This document shows, in pieces, positions 36,960-45,834 of a stretch of 64,000 nucleotides of DNA. The notes under the pieces were generated by a model, which made no database searches, was not told the DNA's origin, and saw nothing but the letters and a program-made list of their open reading frames with translations. Location: assembly GCA_945861565.1 (NCBI GenBank), contig CAMAUY010000016.1:2556-66555 (forward strand). Reading direction: 5' to 3'. The stretch comes from Akkermansia muciniphila. Its GTDB lineage: Bacteria; Verrucomicrobiota; Verrucomicrobiia; Limisphaerales; UBA9464. Each line of letters begins with the position of its first letter. Within the stretch, counting starts at the first letter, position 1. Made by a program: the position numbers and the translations under genes.

Positions 36960-39900
36960 TTATCGTGTCGCGTTGTTGTTCGCCGCATCGAGGGCCTTCA
37001 TCAGGCATTCCTGAGCCTCGCGGTTGGGATCACCCGACGGCGTGTATCCGTCCTGCGACAACTGCGCTTCGGTGGCCAAGATCAACTGGCTTGCGGTCAT
37101 GAACCGGTCGGCGTTGCAACCCGGGGTCGGAATGATCGTTCCGGGCTGGTAGAACCCGTGGAGCACATTCAACTGAAAGGCCGCCAGTTGCCCCGACGTT
37201 TGGAAAGCCATGTTGACGGCGTTCCGGTCTTTCAACCAAGTCGCAAGGGCCGACTTGTTTGCCGACAAACTACCCGTGAAATCTCGGGCACTGCCATCCG
37301 GGTTTCGCAGCGAAAGCTGCGTCAGCACGGCGAAATCATTCTGAGTCTCGAGGGCTTGGCCAACCTTGTTCGACCAGAAGCCCGCCGTACAGCCACGTCC
37401 TGTCGGTGAAGGACTACTATTTGCGGCATAGCCAAAGTCCACATCACGCCGTTTTTCTTTGGCAACCAGCGTCACGGTCGCCTTGTCCAACGTCGTGATG
37501 CCATCCATATCGTACGTCGCCGTATACCCGGAGGGACGAGTGATCAGGACGGTGTACGTCCCGGCGAGCAGATTGCCAAAGGTGTAGACTCCGTCCGGCC
37601 CGCTTACCGTCGTGGCGATGGTTACATTCGCGGCATCCTTGAGCGTCAGCGAAACGCCCGCTATTCCAGGCTCCGAGGGGTCCTGCGCGGCGTTCCAGTT
37701 CGAATCCAGCCAGACCCGATCTCCAATGCTGGCTAGATCCATCAATTCTCGACACCCCAAATCGATGTTGCTCAAATCCGTCGCAAACCCAAGCGTGACT
37801 GCGGTTATCCCGGGTGTGAACACCCCGTCATAGTCGTAGGTGGGCACATAATTTTGAGGAAGCGTTACGGTTACCGAGTAGGTTCCCGGCCACAGATTCC
37901 CGAATGAATAGATCCCATTGGGTCCTGAGATCGCCGTGGCCAACACCTGACCCGCACCATCTCGTAGCGTCACGGTTGCGCCCTCAAAGCCCGCCTCATC
38001 GACATCCTGGAGACCATCGCCGTCGGTATCAATCCAGACCCGGTCGCCGATCGATGATAAAATCGGTGAGTAAATGAATCCGAAATCAACATCCGTTCGA
38101 TCTTCCCCAATTTCCAATGTCAACGTCGCCTGGTTGGCGGTGGCGATTCCATCGAAGTCATAAGTGGGGTTGTAGAAATTCGCAGGAGGAATCACCCGAA
38201 CGGTATATCGTTCCGCGGCCAATCCGTTGAACGAATAATATCCACCCGACGACGTTACATTCGTTGCCTGGGCCACGTTTAGGGCGTTGTACAAGATGAC
38301 CGTCACGCCGACGAGACCCGTCTCGGAACCATTGAGCAGCCCGTCTCCATTGGTATCTTCCCATACCCGGTCCCCGATGCTGCCCGGCGGTGGCGCGTAC
38401 AAATACCCGAAATCAATGTCGCGTCGATCCTCTCCAGCCGCCAACGCAAAGGTCGTCCGGTTGCTCGTAGTTTGCCCATCCAGAGGAATCGTATCACGGT
38501 AGTGAAACGTCTCGAGGTAGTATTGAGGCGGCACCACGCTGACAACATAATTCCCCACCAGCAGGTTCGAGAACACGTAGTAGCCGTCGGCTCCGCTGAT
38601 TTCATTTGTCAGGATGACACCCAACTGGCTGAGAATCACCGGCACTCCGGCCAGACCTGGCTCTCCGGAATCCTGGGTCCCGTTGGCATTCAGATCCTGC
38701 CAGATACGGTCACCGACCGATCCCACAGGCGGTACATAGTGATACCCAAAATCGGCATCCACCCGATCCTGGCCCGCCGCAAGAGGTACGACAGCGGTTC
38801 CCGGCGATCCCACTCCATCCAGATCATGCGTTGCAAAATGATACGCCGGAGGCAGCACCGTTACGGTGTATGATCCCGCGAGCAAGTTGTTAAAGCTGTA
38901 TGCGCCGCTCGTGTCGGTGACGGCACTCGTGATCAGACTCGCTCCCTGACGCAATTCCACAGTCACTCCACTCAACCCCGATTCATCGTTGTCCTGGACA
39001 CCATTTGCGTTCGCATCGTTCCAGACCAGATCCCCGATGGAACCGACGATCGATTGATATCCGAAGTCAATATCGGTGGGGGTTTGGTTGATTCCCATCA
39101 CCACGACTGTTTCTCCCGGCGTTCCCACCCCGTCCTGATCATACACCGCGGCGTGATTCAGAGGAGTTGTGACGCTGACGGTATACGTGCCCGAAAACAC
39201 ATTGGTGAATCCGTAGCTGCCGTTCGCCGCCGTCACCGTGGTTGCCACCTCCGTCGTTCCTTGAAGCAAGGTAACCGTGACACCCGCCAAGCCGGCTTCC
39301 CCCCCGTTCTGGACACCATTTCCATTCGCGTCCAACCAGACCAGATCCCCAATGCTTCCTGGCAATTCCTGGTAACCAAAATCGATATTGAGATTGTGTT
39401 CCCCGTCTGCCAATTCGATGAGGACCATGTTGGGTGAATCGATCACCCCATCCAAATCGTACACCGGATTGTGTCCCGCCGGCGGAGTGACCGTTACCAG
39501 ATAGGTCGATGGGGTCAGATTCTGGAAAAGGTAGGCTCCATTCGCAGCCGTCGCAATTGACTGCGTACCCCCTCCAAAGAGGTCTTCGAGAGTCACCGTC
39601 ACATTCGCTAGACTCGGTTCACCCCCGTCCCGAACACCATTGCCGTTTCGATCCAGCCACACCAGATCGCCAATCCGGCCCTGAGGTCCCGCGTTTTGCG
39701 TCTGACGGTAACCGAAGTCCACCTCGGTCCGAGCCGCGCCGGCGGCCAAAATGACGACCGCCACACTCGGCGTGTTGGTTCCGTCGAAATCAAACGTGGC
39801 ATTATATCCCGGCGGTCCCCCGGCGCTTACCGTGTACGTGCCGGCAATAACACCGGTGAGGGAATACTGCCCGTTGGCGGCCGTTACCGCGGTATACGTC

Positions 39901-42266
39901 CCGCCGGGACCGGATGCCGTAACGGTTACACCCGACAACCCCGGTTCACCCAGTTCGGGGGCTCCGTTGCCGTTCAGGTCGTTCCACACCAAGTCTCCGA
40001 TCGACGCCAACTGTTGGTACCCAAAGTCAACATCCGTCCGCGTTACCCCCGCCACAAGGGTCACCACAGACGAGTTGGGCGCCGGCACCAGTAGCCCATC
40101 CAAATCGTAGGTCGGGACGTATCCCGTCGGCTGCCCGGCCGACACGGTGTAGGTTCCCGCCGGGAGGTTTGTGAACATATAATGGCCGTTGAGATCGGTC
40201 ACCTGGGCACCCACCAAATTGTTCAGCGCATTGAATGCCTGCACCGTGACACCCTCCAACCCGGCTTCACCGCCGTCCTGAAGCCCGTTGCCGTTGCTAT
40301 CGCTCCAAACTCGATCGCCGAGCCCCCATCCCCCTCCCCCCTGGTTACCGCCATCGTCACCTCTTTCCTTGTAGCCAAAATCGACATCCATGCGGTCCTC
40401 ACCCACCGCCAAGTTGACGCTCGCCTGATTGGTGGATCCCAAGCCATCGATGTCGTAAGTCGGCACAAACCCGGTTCCACTGAGGGTCACTTCCACTCGA
40501 TAGGTATCGGGGCCCAAATCGCCAAAGGTATAGAATCCGGTGGCATCGGACGTCGTCACCCCAAGGGAAATCCCCCCGATGAACAGTTCCACCACCGCTC
40601 CCGGGATGCCCAATTCTCCACCCTCTTGTAACCCGTTCCCGTTCGCGTCATTCCAAATTCGATCCCCCAAACTCGCCCGGTCATAACCGAAATCGACGTT
40701 GGCTCGCGCTTGCGCCCCTCCGAGGATGATCTGCGTGCAGTTCGGCGTTCCAAGCCCGTCCAGATCGTAGGTCGGCGCGTACCCTCCAGGCAGGTCGGTC
40801 TTGACCAGATACACTCCGGCGAAAAGCGATTCGAAACCGTAGTTTCCGCTGGCATCCGTCGTCCATGACCCGATCTCGTTCAAGGGATCAGCCGCCGAAT
40901 AAATGTGCACCACGACACCGGGGATTCCCGACTCCCCAGGATCCTGAACTCCATCCCGATCCCGGTCATTCCAGACAAGGCCCCCGATTGACGCATCATA
41001 CGTTTGATACCCAAAGTCGATCTCAAGCTGATTTTCACCGGGACTGAGGGGATATCCCACCTCATTCGGAGTCAGGGTTCCGTCGTAATCCGTTGTAGGA
41101 AATCCCGCCACCGGGGGATTCAAGACAACCACGGTGTACCAAGCGGACGGCAGATTTGTGAAGATGTAGAAGCCATTCGCGTCCGTGACCTGCTGGGCCA
41201 GATCGGCCAAGGATTCGTCGCGGAGAACAACGCTCACCCCGGCAATTCCCGGCTCACCGGGGCTCTGGAGTCCGTCCCCGTCATTGTCGTACCAAACCCG
41301 ATCTCCGATGCTCCCAACGTCGGTGCTGACCGGTACGGTGTACCCAAAATCCACGTTCAACATGTCCTGGCCAGTGACACACGTAAACGACGCTTCGTTC
41401 GCAGTGTTGGTTCCGTCCAAATCATAGTTTGGGGAAAAAATCGGCGGTGGATAAACGTGCACGCGGTAGTTGCCCGCTGGAACATCTCGGAACAAGTAAG
41501 CACCCGTCCAGTCGGTCACCTGCGGCAGTACTCCCGCAACCGGTGCGCCCGCCTCATCCAGCATTGTCACCACCGCTCCACCGATTCCCGGCTCTCCCCC
41601 ATCGATCGCTCCGTCACCGTTCAAATCGTTCCAAACAATATCTCCGACAAACGAATCCCGGGGTTCATAGATATACTCCAGTTCCACTGCGGCCGCCGAG
41701 GATGTCCGCAGTATTTTCGTCAATTCAGCCCCACCTGAGGCCGTCGATGCTGAGGAGGCATCCACCGTAAGCGCAATCGTCCCCGGTCCCGCAAACAAAG
41801 TCAGATCACCGCTCGGCGCCACCGAATTGGTGGTCCGCGACGCGGAGGATCCCAAATCCAGCAACGTAACTCCGGAATCTCCACCGAAATCAGTCACGCC
41901 ATCATACGCCAGAAGCTGGCGCGTCACAGAGGTCTGCGCGGTCACCCCGACAAGCACCGAGCCGTCAGGCCGTCGCACAGTCACCGTGGCGCCGACTGCA
42001 ATCGACACCGTCACCGGTGCGTTCAAATCACGATTCTCGATTTGCGCCGAACCCACCGCCAAATCGGTCACCGTCACCCGCACCTTCCTCAGGGTCCCCA
42101 AACTGGTATCGAATTTGTTAAACGGAAACGCGTTCGTCCAATCGACCGGTGTCTGAAACACACTCTGCGACTGAGAGACCGACAATTCCACGGATGCCTG
42201 CAGATTCGCAGTCGTTGCCGACAGGAAGCAGGCGACACCTAAAACAGTCGCGCCCGCGGAACGCAA
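36960..42266 (-). CDS. Giant secreted protein: choice-of-anchor E-like N-domain + 13 SdrD B-like repeats + distinct C-terminal domain
   Basis: 13 copies of (I/V/L)GDxVWxDxNGxG...DxDFGY (Ca-binding SdrD B-like); N-domain FDTSLGTLRKV; C-domain GCTAGFWSN. The start is uncertain (TTG). Confidence 0.88.
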   Translation of the reverse strand: MRSAGATVLGVACFLSATTANLQASVELSVSQSQSVFQTPVDWTNAFPFNKFDTSLGTLRKVRVTVTDLAVGSAQIENRDLNAPVTVSIAVGATVTVRRPDGSVLVGVTAQTSVTRQLLAYDGVTDFGGDSGVTLLDLGSSASRTTNSVAPSGDLTLFAGPGTIALTVDASSASTASGGAELTKILRTSSAAAVELEYIYEPRDSFVGDIVWNDLNGDGAIDGGEPGIGGAVVTMLDEAGAPVAGVLPQVTDWTGAYLFRDVPAGNYRVHVYPPPIFSPNYDLDGTNTANEASFTCVTGQDMLNVDFGYTVPVSTDVGSIGDRVWYDNDGDGLQSPGEPGIAGVSVVLRDESLADLAQQVTDANGFYIFTNLPSAWYTVVVLNPPVAGFPTTDYDGTLTPNEVGYPLSPGENQLEIDFGYQTYDASIGGLVWNDRDRDGVQDPGESGIPGVVVHIYSAADPLNEIGSWTTDASGNYGFESLFAGVYLVKTDLPGGYAPTYDLDGLGTPNCTQIILGGAQARANVDFGYDRASLGDRIWNDANGNGLQEGGELGIPGAVVELFIGGISLGVTTSDATGFYTFGDLGPDTYRVEVTLSGTGFVPTYDIDGLGSTNQASVNLAVGEDRMDVDFGYKERGDDGGNQGGGGWGLGDRVWSDSNGNGLQDGGEAGLEGVTVQAFNALNNLVGAQVTDLNGHYMFTNLPAGTYTVSAGQPTGYVPTYDLDGLLVPAPNSSVVTLVAGVTRTDVDFGYQQLASIGDLVWNDLNGNGAPELGEPGLSGVTVTASGPGGTYTAVTAANGQYSLTGVIAGTYTVSAGGPPGYNATFDFDGTNTPSVAVVILAAGAARTEVDFGYRQTQNAGPQGRIGDLVWLDRNGNGVRDGGEPSLANVTVTLEDLFGGGTQSIATAANGAYLFQNLTPSTYLVTVTPPAGHNPVYDLDGVIDSPNMVLIELADGEHNLNIDFGYQELPGSIGDLVWLDANGNGVQNGGEAGLAGVTVTLLQGTTEVATTVTAANGSYGFTNVFSGTYTVSVTTPLNHAAVYDQDGVGTPGETVVVMGINQTPTDIDFGYQSIVGSIGDLVWNDANANGVQDNDESGLSGVTVELRQGASLITSAVTDTSGAYSFNNLLAGSYTVTVLPPAYHFATHDLDGVGSPGTAVVPLAAGQDRVDADFGYHYVPPVGSVGDRIWQDLNANGTQDSGEPGLAGVPVILSQLGVILTNEISGADGYYVFSNLLVGNYVVSVVPPQYYLETFHYRDTIPLDGQTTSNRTTFALAAGEDRRDIDFGYLYAPPPGSIGDRVWEDTNGDGLLNGSETGLVGVTVILYNALNVAQATNVTSSGGYYSFNGLAAERYTVRVIPPANFYNPTYDFDGIATANQATLTLEIGEDRTDVDFGFIYSPILSSIGDRVWIDTDGDGLQDVDEAGFEGATVTLRDGAGQVLATAISGPNGIYSFGNLWPGTYSVTVTLPQNYVPTYDYDGVFTPGITAVTLGFATDLSNIDLGCRELMDLASIGDRVWLDSNWNAAQDPSEPGIAGVSLTLKDAANVTIATTVSGPDGVYTFGNLLAGTYTVLITRPSGYTATYDMDGITTLDKATVTLVAKEKRRDVDFGYAANSSPSPTGRGCTAGFWSNKVGQALETQNDFAVLTQLSLRNPDGSARDFTGSLSANKSALATWLKDRNAVNMAFQTSGQLAAFQLNVLHGFYQPGTIIPTPGCNADRFMTASQLILATEAQLSQDGYTPSGDPNREAQECLMKALDAANNNATR

Positions 42267-42312
42267 TAGAGATAGCCCGGAAAATACGGACGCGAAAGAA
42301 CCCCAGCGGCTC

Positions 42313-42365
42313 GGTAGGGGGTACTGCCACGCGTCGAAGCCGGACGGACGGCAGGCCGCCCTACC
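42313..42365. repeat. GTAG-type REP-like palindrome
   Basis: GGTAGGGGGTACTGCC...GGCAGGCCGCCCTACC, followed by GTTCATGGGCA (cassette-end-like). Confidence 0.6.
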
Positions 42366-42854
42366 CCGTTCATGGGCAACACTGCCCGCAGCAAATCAAA
42401 CGTACTGAGAGGAGATTTCATAAGTATTCCGTTATTGTGTGTTTTGACCATGACACGTCTTTGGTTCTGGGTATTGTGCGGGATTTCGGCCTGAAAAATC
42501 TGAAAAATGGCTAATTCTAGACGGAATCCGCGTTTAGATGCCTTCGGACACCGATTTTATGCGTCGCGGGAAGTTCATTTCTGAAATCCATAGTATCGCG
42601 AGATGTTTTCAATTCAATAATAAAATTCCAACAAATTGCCGCATCAGAGGTTGATTCATGGTTTATTTAAATCTTTAATCATTTGTATCTCATTTATTAT
42701 TAACAGATTAACTATACTTTAAAGCCGAAAAACGGTCCTCAACACCAGGTTGCGTGGCCTCATTTTTGGTTTGAGATCGACCCAATTGTTCCACCGTTCC
42801 CATGAAAATATGCCTCTCGGAACACCAAATAAGGCACATCACATATTGAAGAAT

Positions 42855-43334
42855 TTTGGAAAACCTCGCTCTCCATGAACCGACTCCCTGGGAGCGCTGG
42901 CATCCTGCCGGCGAGCCTGCAGAAAGGACCAACACCCGCCGGCAGGGATGCCGGCGCTCCCAGGTTCATGGTCTTAATTCATGTCCATTCTTTGGAAAAC
43001 ATTCCTACCCATGAACCGGCTCCATTTCCCAATTCGAGGACGAAGAACGAGCGCGACGGACGAGGACGATTTGAAGGACCCCATTGCGGCGCTTTCGCCC
43101 TCGTCCTCGTCCTTCGTCCTTCGTCCGTCGATGGCGACGAACAGCACACCGGCCTATGTGCCGGGACGCACGGAGCGCGGTTCATGGTCACAATTCATGT
43201 CCATTCTTTGGAAAACTTTCCTACCCATGAACCGCCCCCTCTCCCTGCCCTCCCCCGCTCCGAGCGGGGGAGAGGGGGGGGCTTCGGTTCATGACATCAC
43301 GGCGCGCATTGTTAAGTTCGGTGGGTTCTCTCCC
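42855..43334. repeat. Array of 55-nt GGTTCATG-N39-CATGAACC repeats separating three unrelated palindromic cargos
   Basis: Full repeats at 42963-43017 and 43179-43233 (52/55 identical), a partial repeat at 42855-42881, and a divergent terminal unit at 43286-43334. Cargos are 81, 161 and 52 nt. Confidence 0.9.
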
Positions 43335-43336
43335 GG

Positions 43337-43804
43337 TCACGGCTTAGCCACCGCGCGAAGGCGGAAAAATGTGGCGCTGTTTTCCCGCGGGAGCGTCACT
43401 TGGAATTCGTTGCCGACGGGCTGCGGATTCACCGGAAGGATCTGCCACGTGGAGGGATCCGCGAGATCACGAGAACGTTCGAGCGTAAAGGCACCGGCTG
43501 CCACCGGCCAGGCGAGTACCAGCAATTCACCGATGCGCCCGGCGGAAAGCACCGGCTTCGCGACCACCGGCACCGCGGTCGGGCCAGGCCAGAAACCGGC
43601 CTGCAGAGTGAACGAACCCCCACTCGCCTCCCCCGCATCCGGTTGACCCAGGGTGGCGTTCAGTTCAAAAGTACCCCCTCTTGCTGTGCCACCCCCGGCA
43701 TCAATGCTGATCCAGTCGAGACGGAACGCGTCCGCAGTCTGCCCACCAAGGGAGGTCAGTAGCATCAGCAAAGCCGCAGGTATTTGGCGTATTCGTGAAT
43801 TCAT
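43337..43804 (-). CDS. Small secreted protein with a GQPDAG motif and a verrucomicrobial FFRL-type C-terminal domain
   Basis: Signal peptide, WISIDAGGG...LGQPDAG...LQAGFW, and C-terminal LAWP...TLERS.DL...W...FFRL. Confidence 0.8.
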   Translation of the reverse strand: MNSRIRQIPAALLMLLTSLGGQTADAFRLDWISIDAGGGTARGGTFELNATLGQPDAGEASGGSFTLQAGFWPGPTAVPVVAKPVLSAGRIGELLVLAWPVAAGAFTLERSRDLADPSTWQILPVNPQPVGNEFQVTLPRENSATFFRLRAVAKP

Positions 43805-43832
43805 GGCAGCGAAGGTTTTGGGGGCAAGTTCA

Positions 43833-45674
43833 TTACCAGGCGACTTCAGCGGTTTGGAGGCGAGCCACCCAGCGCACCACATCCGGCGTCCCCGCACTGT
43901 TAACGCCAATCACGAGGCTGCCAGGGCCGGCCGTCACTTGGACACTCCAGGCCGGATCATCCTCACCCAACTCGGTAACGGTCGGGGTTCCGACAAAGCT
44001 GGCCGTCCCTCCCACGTTCTTGATGACCCCCCGTACCGCATAACCGCCTGAGACGGAAAAATTGGGCGGGACACCCGCACTTCGACCGGCCACGAGAATC
44101 TCAAACGTCCGCGTGCGGCCAACTCCGATTCCCAGCGGCAGGCCGAGGCCATTGAGTGAAAGTGACGTCAAGGGGTTGACGATGGACGTTTGGCCGCGGA
44201 GCACGAACACGGATGTCTGCGCGTCGCCGGGCGAACTGAAATCACCGGCGGACTGCGCCATCTGCCCGTGCTGGTCAGCCAACGCCTGGGCTCCGCCCGG
44301 AATGATGGAGTACGGCCCCGTTGCGAAATTGGCGTTCCCGCCGGCCACGGTGGCGTGCGCCGCTCGAGCCTGATTGCCGACACCCCCTCCAACCGTTGCA
44401 CCGAACTGTTGCGCCAAGTTTTCGCCCCCACCACTGACCGTGCTGAGGTCAAGTTCCGCCCGGTTCCCCACGCCGCCACTTGTGGTCGCTCCCGCTCCGG
44501 CCGCGAGATTGCCCCCGCCGCCACCCACGGTAGATTGATCAAAATGCGCGGCATTGTCCTGGCCGCCCGAAACCGTCGATGCCACTCCATCGGCAACGTT
44601 CTGCCGGCCCCCTCCCACCGTGGCGTGCTCCCTGGCGGCCTGGTTAAGCGATCCTCCGGCAACAACCGATACGAAACCCGACGCAAAATTCTGTGTGCCG
44701 CCACTCACGATCGAGTAGCCGTTGGTGGCGGAATTTCCTAGGCCGCCAGCCACGGTCGCAGCCACGCCGCTCGCCGTGTTGCTCATTCCGCCACCAATGA
44801 ACGCGTAATTGGCACTGGCCAGATTGATGTTGCCCGCGCTGCCGCCCCCGCCAATGACGACACCGACCGCTCCAGTCACGACATTTCCGAAGTAGCCACC
44901 GACGAGGTTGGGACTCAGGCCGGCCGGTGTGATCAGCAGAGCCCGGGCATTGCCAACCCGCACCTCGATCGAGCGCTGGTCTGTGGTGCCGAGGAAGTCC
45001 GAGGCCGTTGTCCCGGCGTTGCCCGCGAGTAACCACGCCGGCCCGGGAGCCGGCACGATCGAGAACTTCGTGCCCGCCTGCACCGCCACGATCCCGCTGA
45101 CCGTCGCGGGCAGAATCGTCCCGACCAGCGCGGACGGAGTGAGCCCTCCGGGGGTAATCGAGGCCGCCGCCGCCGCACGGATCGCGGTGGGCGCCGGGGT
45201 AATCCGGATGGCTGGCAGCAGAGTGACAAATCCGGCCGGTGGCGCAGCGGGACGTGCCTGTCCGCCCAAACGATCGGTGGCACTGGCGGCGACGATCGCG
45301 GTGGAACTTACGGCGACTTCGAGATACCGGCCGTCATCCTGGGACTCACCATTGGCGGAGTAGAATACGTCGAAGAACGCCGGTCGGAAATGAACCTCGG
45401 TGGCGAAGAGTCCGTCCTGAACGGGCACCGCCGGGCGAAGATACTCGGCGAGGGCTTCGCCCTTGGGCCCGCTCCGCAACGTGAAGTAAAAATCGTAGAG
45501 TCCCGTCGCCGGCTTGCCTTCCTGTGATAGCTTACCCTGGACGGTGAATCCGATGTCCTGTGAGTAGACGCCGACACAGGCACAGACCAGGGTCGCGATC
45601 GCGAAAAACCAGCGAGGCACCCTTGGATGGATGGAGGCCGCAGGCTGCGGTAGATGTGAGTGTTGGGTCTTCAT
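43833..45674 (-). CDS. Secreted fibre/adhesin-like protein with 14-aa glycine-rich repeats
   Basis: Signal peptide; N-domain FTVQGKL..G.PATGLYDF.F.L; W.LAGNAGT..FLGTTD; more than ten xTVxGGxxNxAxxx repeats. Confidence 0.8.
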   Translation of the reverse strand: MKTQHSHLPQPAASIHPRVPRWFFAIATLVCACVGVYSQDIGFTVQGKLSQEGKPATGLYDFYFTLRSGPKGEALAEYLRPAVPVQDGLFATEVHFRPAFFDVFYSANGESQDDGRYLEVAVSSTAIVAASATDRLGGQARPAAPPAGFVTLLPAIRITPAPTAIRAAAAASITPGGLTPSALVGTILPATVSGIVAVQAGTKFSIVPAPGPAWLLAGNAGTTASDFLGTTDQRSIEVRVGNARALLITPAGLSPNLVGGYFGNVVTGAVGVVIGGGGSAGNINLASANYAFIGGGMSNTASGVAATVAGGLGNSATNGYSIVSGGTQNFASGFVSVVAGGSLNQAAREHATVGGGRQNVADGVASTVSGGQDNAAHFDQSTVGGGGGNLAAGAGATTSGGVGNRAELDLSTVSGGGENLAQQFGATVGGGVGNQARAAHATVAGGNANFATGPYSIIPGGAQALADQHGQMAQSAGDFSSPGDAQTSVFVLRGQTSIVNPLTSLSLNGLGLPLGIGVGRTRTFEILVAGRSAGVPPNFSVSGGYAVRGVIKNVGGTASFVGTPTVTELGEDDPAWSVQVTAGPGSLVIGVNSAGTPDVVRWVARLQTAEVAW

Positions 45675-45834
45675 GGGATCAAATGTTGAATTCTTATTGC
45701 GACTCGGTGCGATTCGGTGCGCTCCATGGCGAGCGAGTACTGAATATTCCCGACACGATGGAGGTTCTCCTTTTAATCACACCTTTTCCGCTCCTGACAA
45801 GTTGTGATTTGGTTTAGGCTGATCCGTCCTTCTC

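Noticed and set aside
42875-43294. ORFs over the repeat regions (also 8759-9106, 26190-26477, 29159-29444, 54253-54612)
   Set aside because: They are translations of the palindromic repeats, with no protein motifs.
42855-43334. CRISPR array
   Set aside because: Only two full repeats, 55 nt long. The spacers are very unequal (81, 161, 52 nt) and are themselves palindromic, one recurring elsewhere in the window. No cas genes are present.
42855-43334. Integron attC cassette array
   Set aside because: No integrase in the window, no RYYYAAC...GTTRRRY attC boxes in the expected arrangement, and no credible ORFs in the cassettes.
43833-45674. Prophage tail fibre
   Set aside because: It has a signal peptide and there are no neighbouring phage genes, so it is treated as a cellular surface protein.
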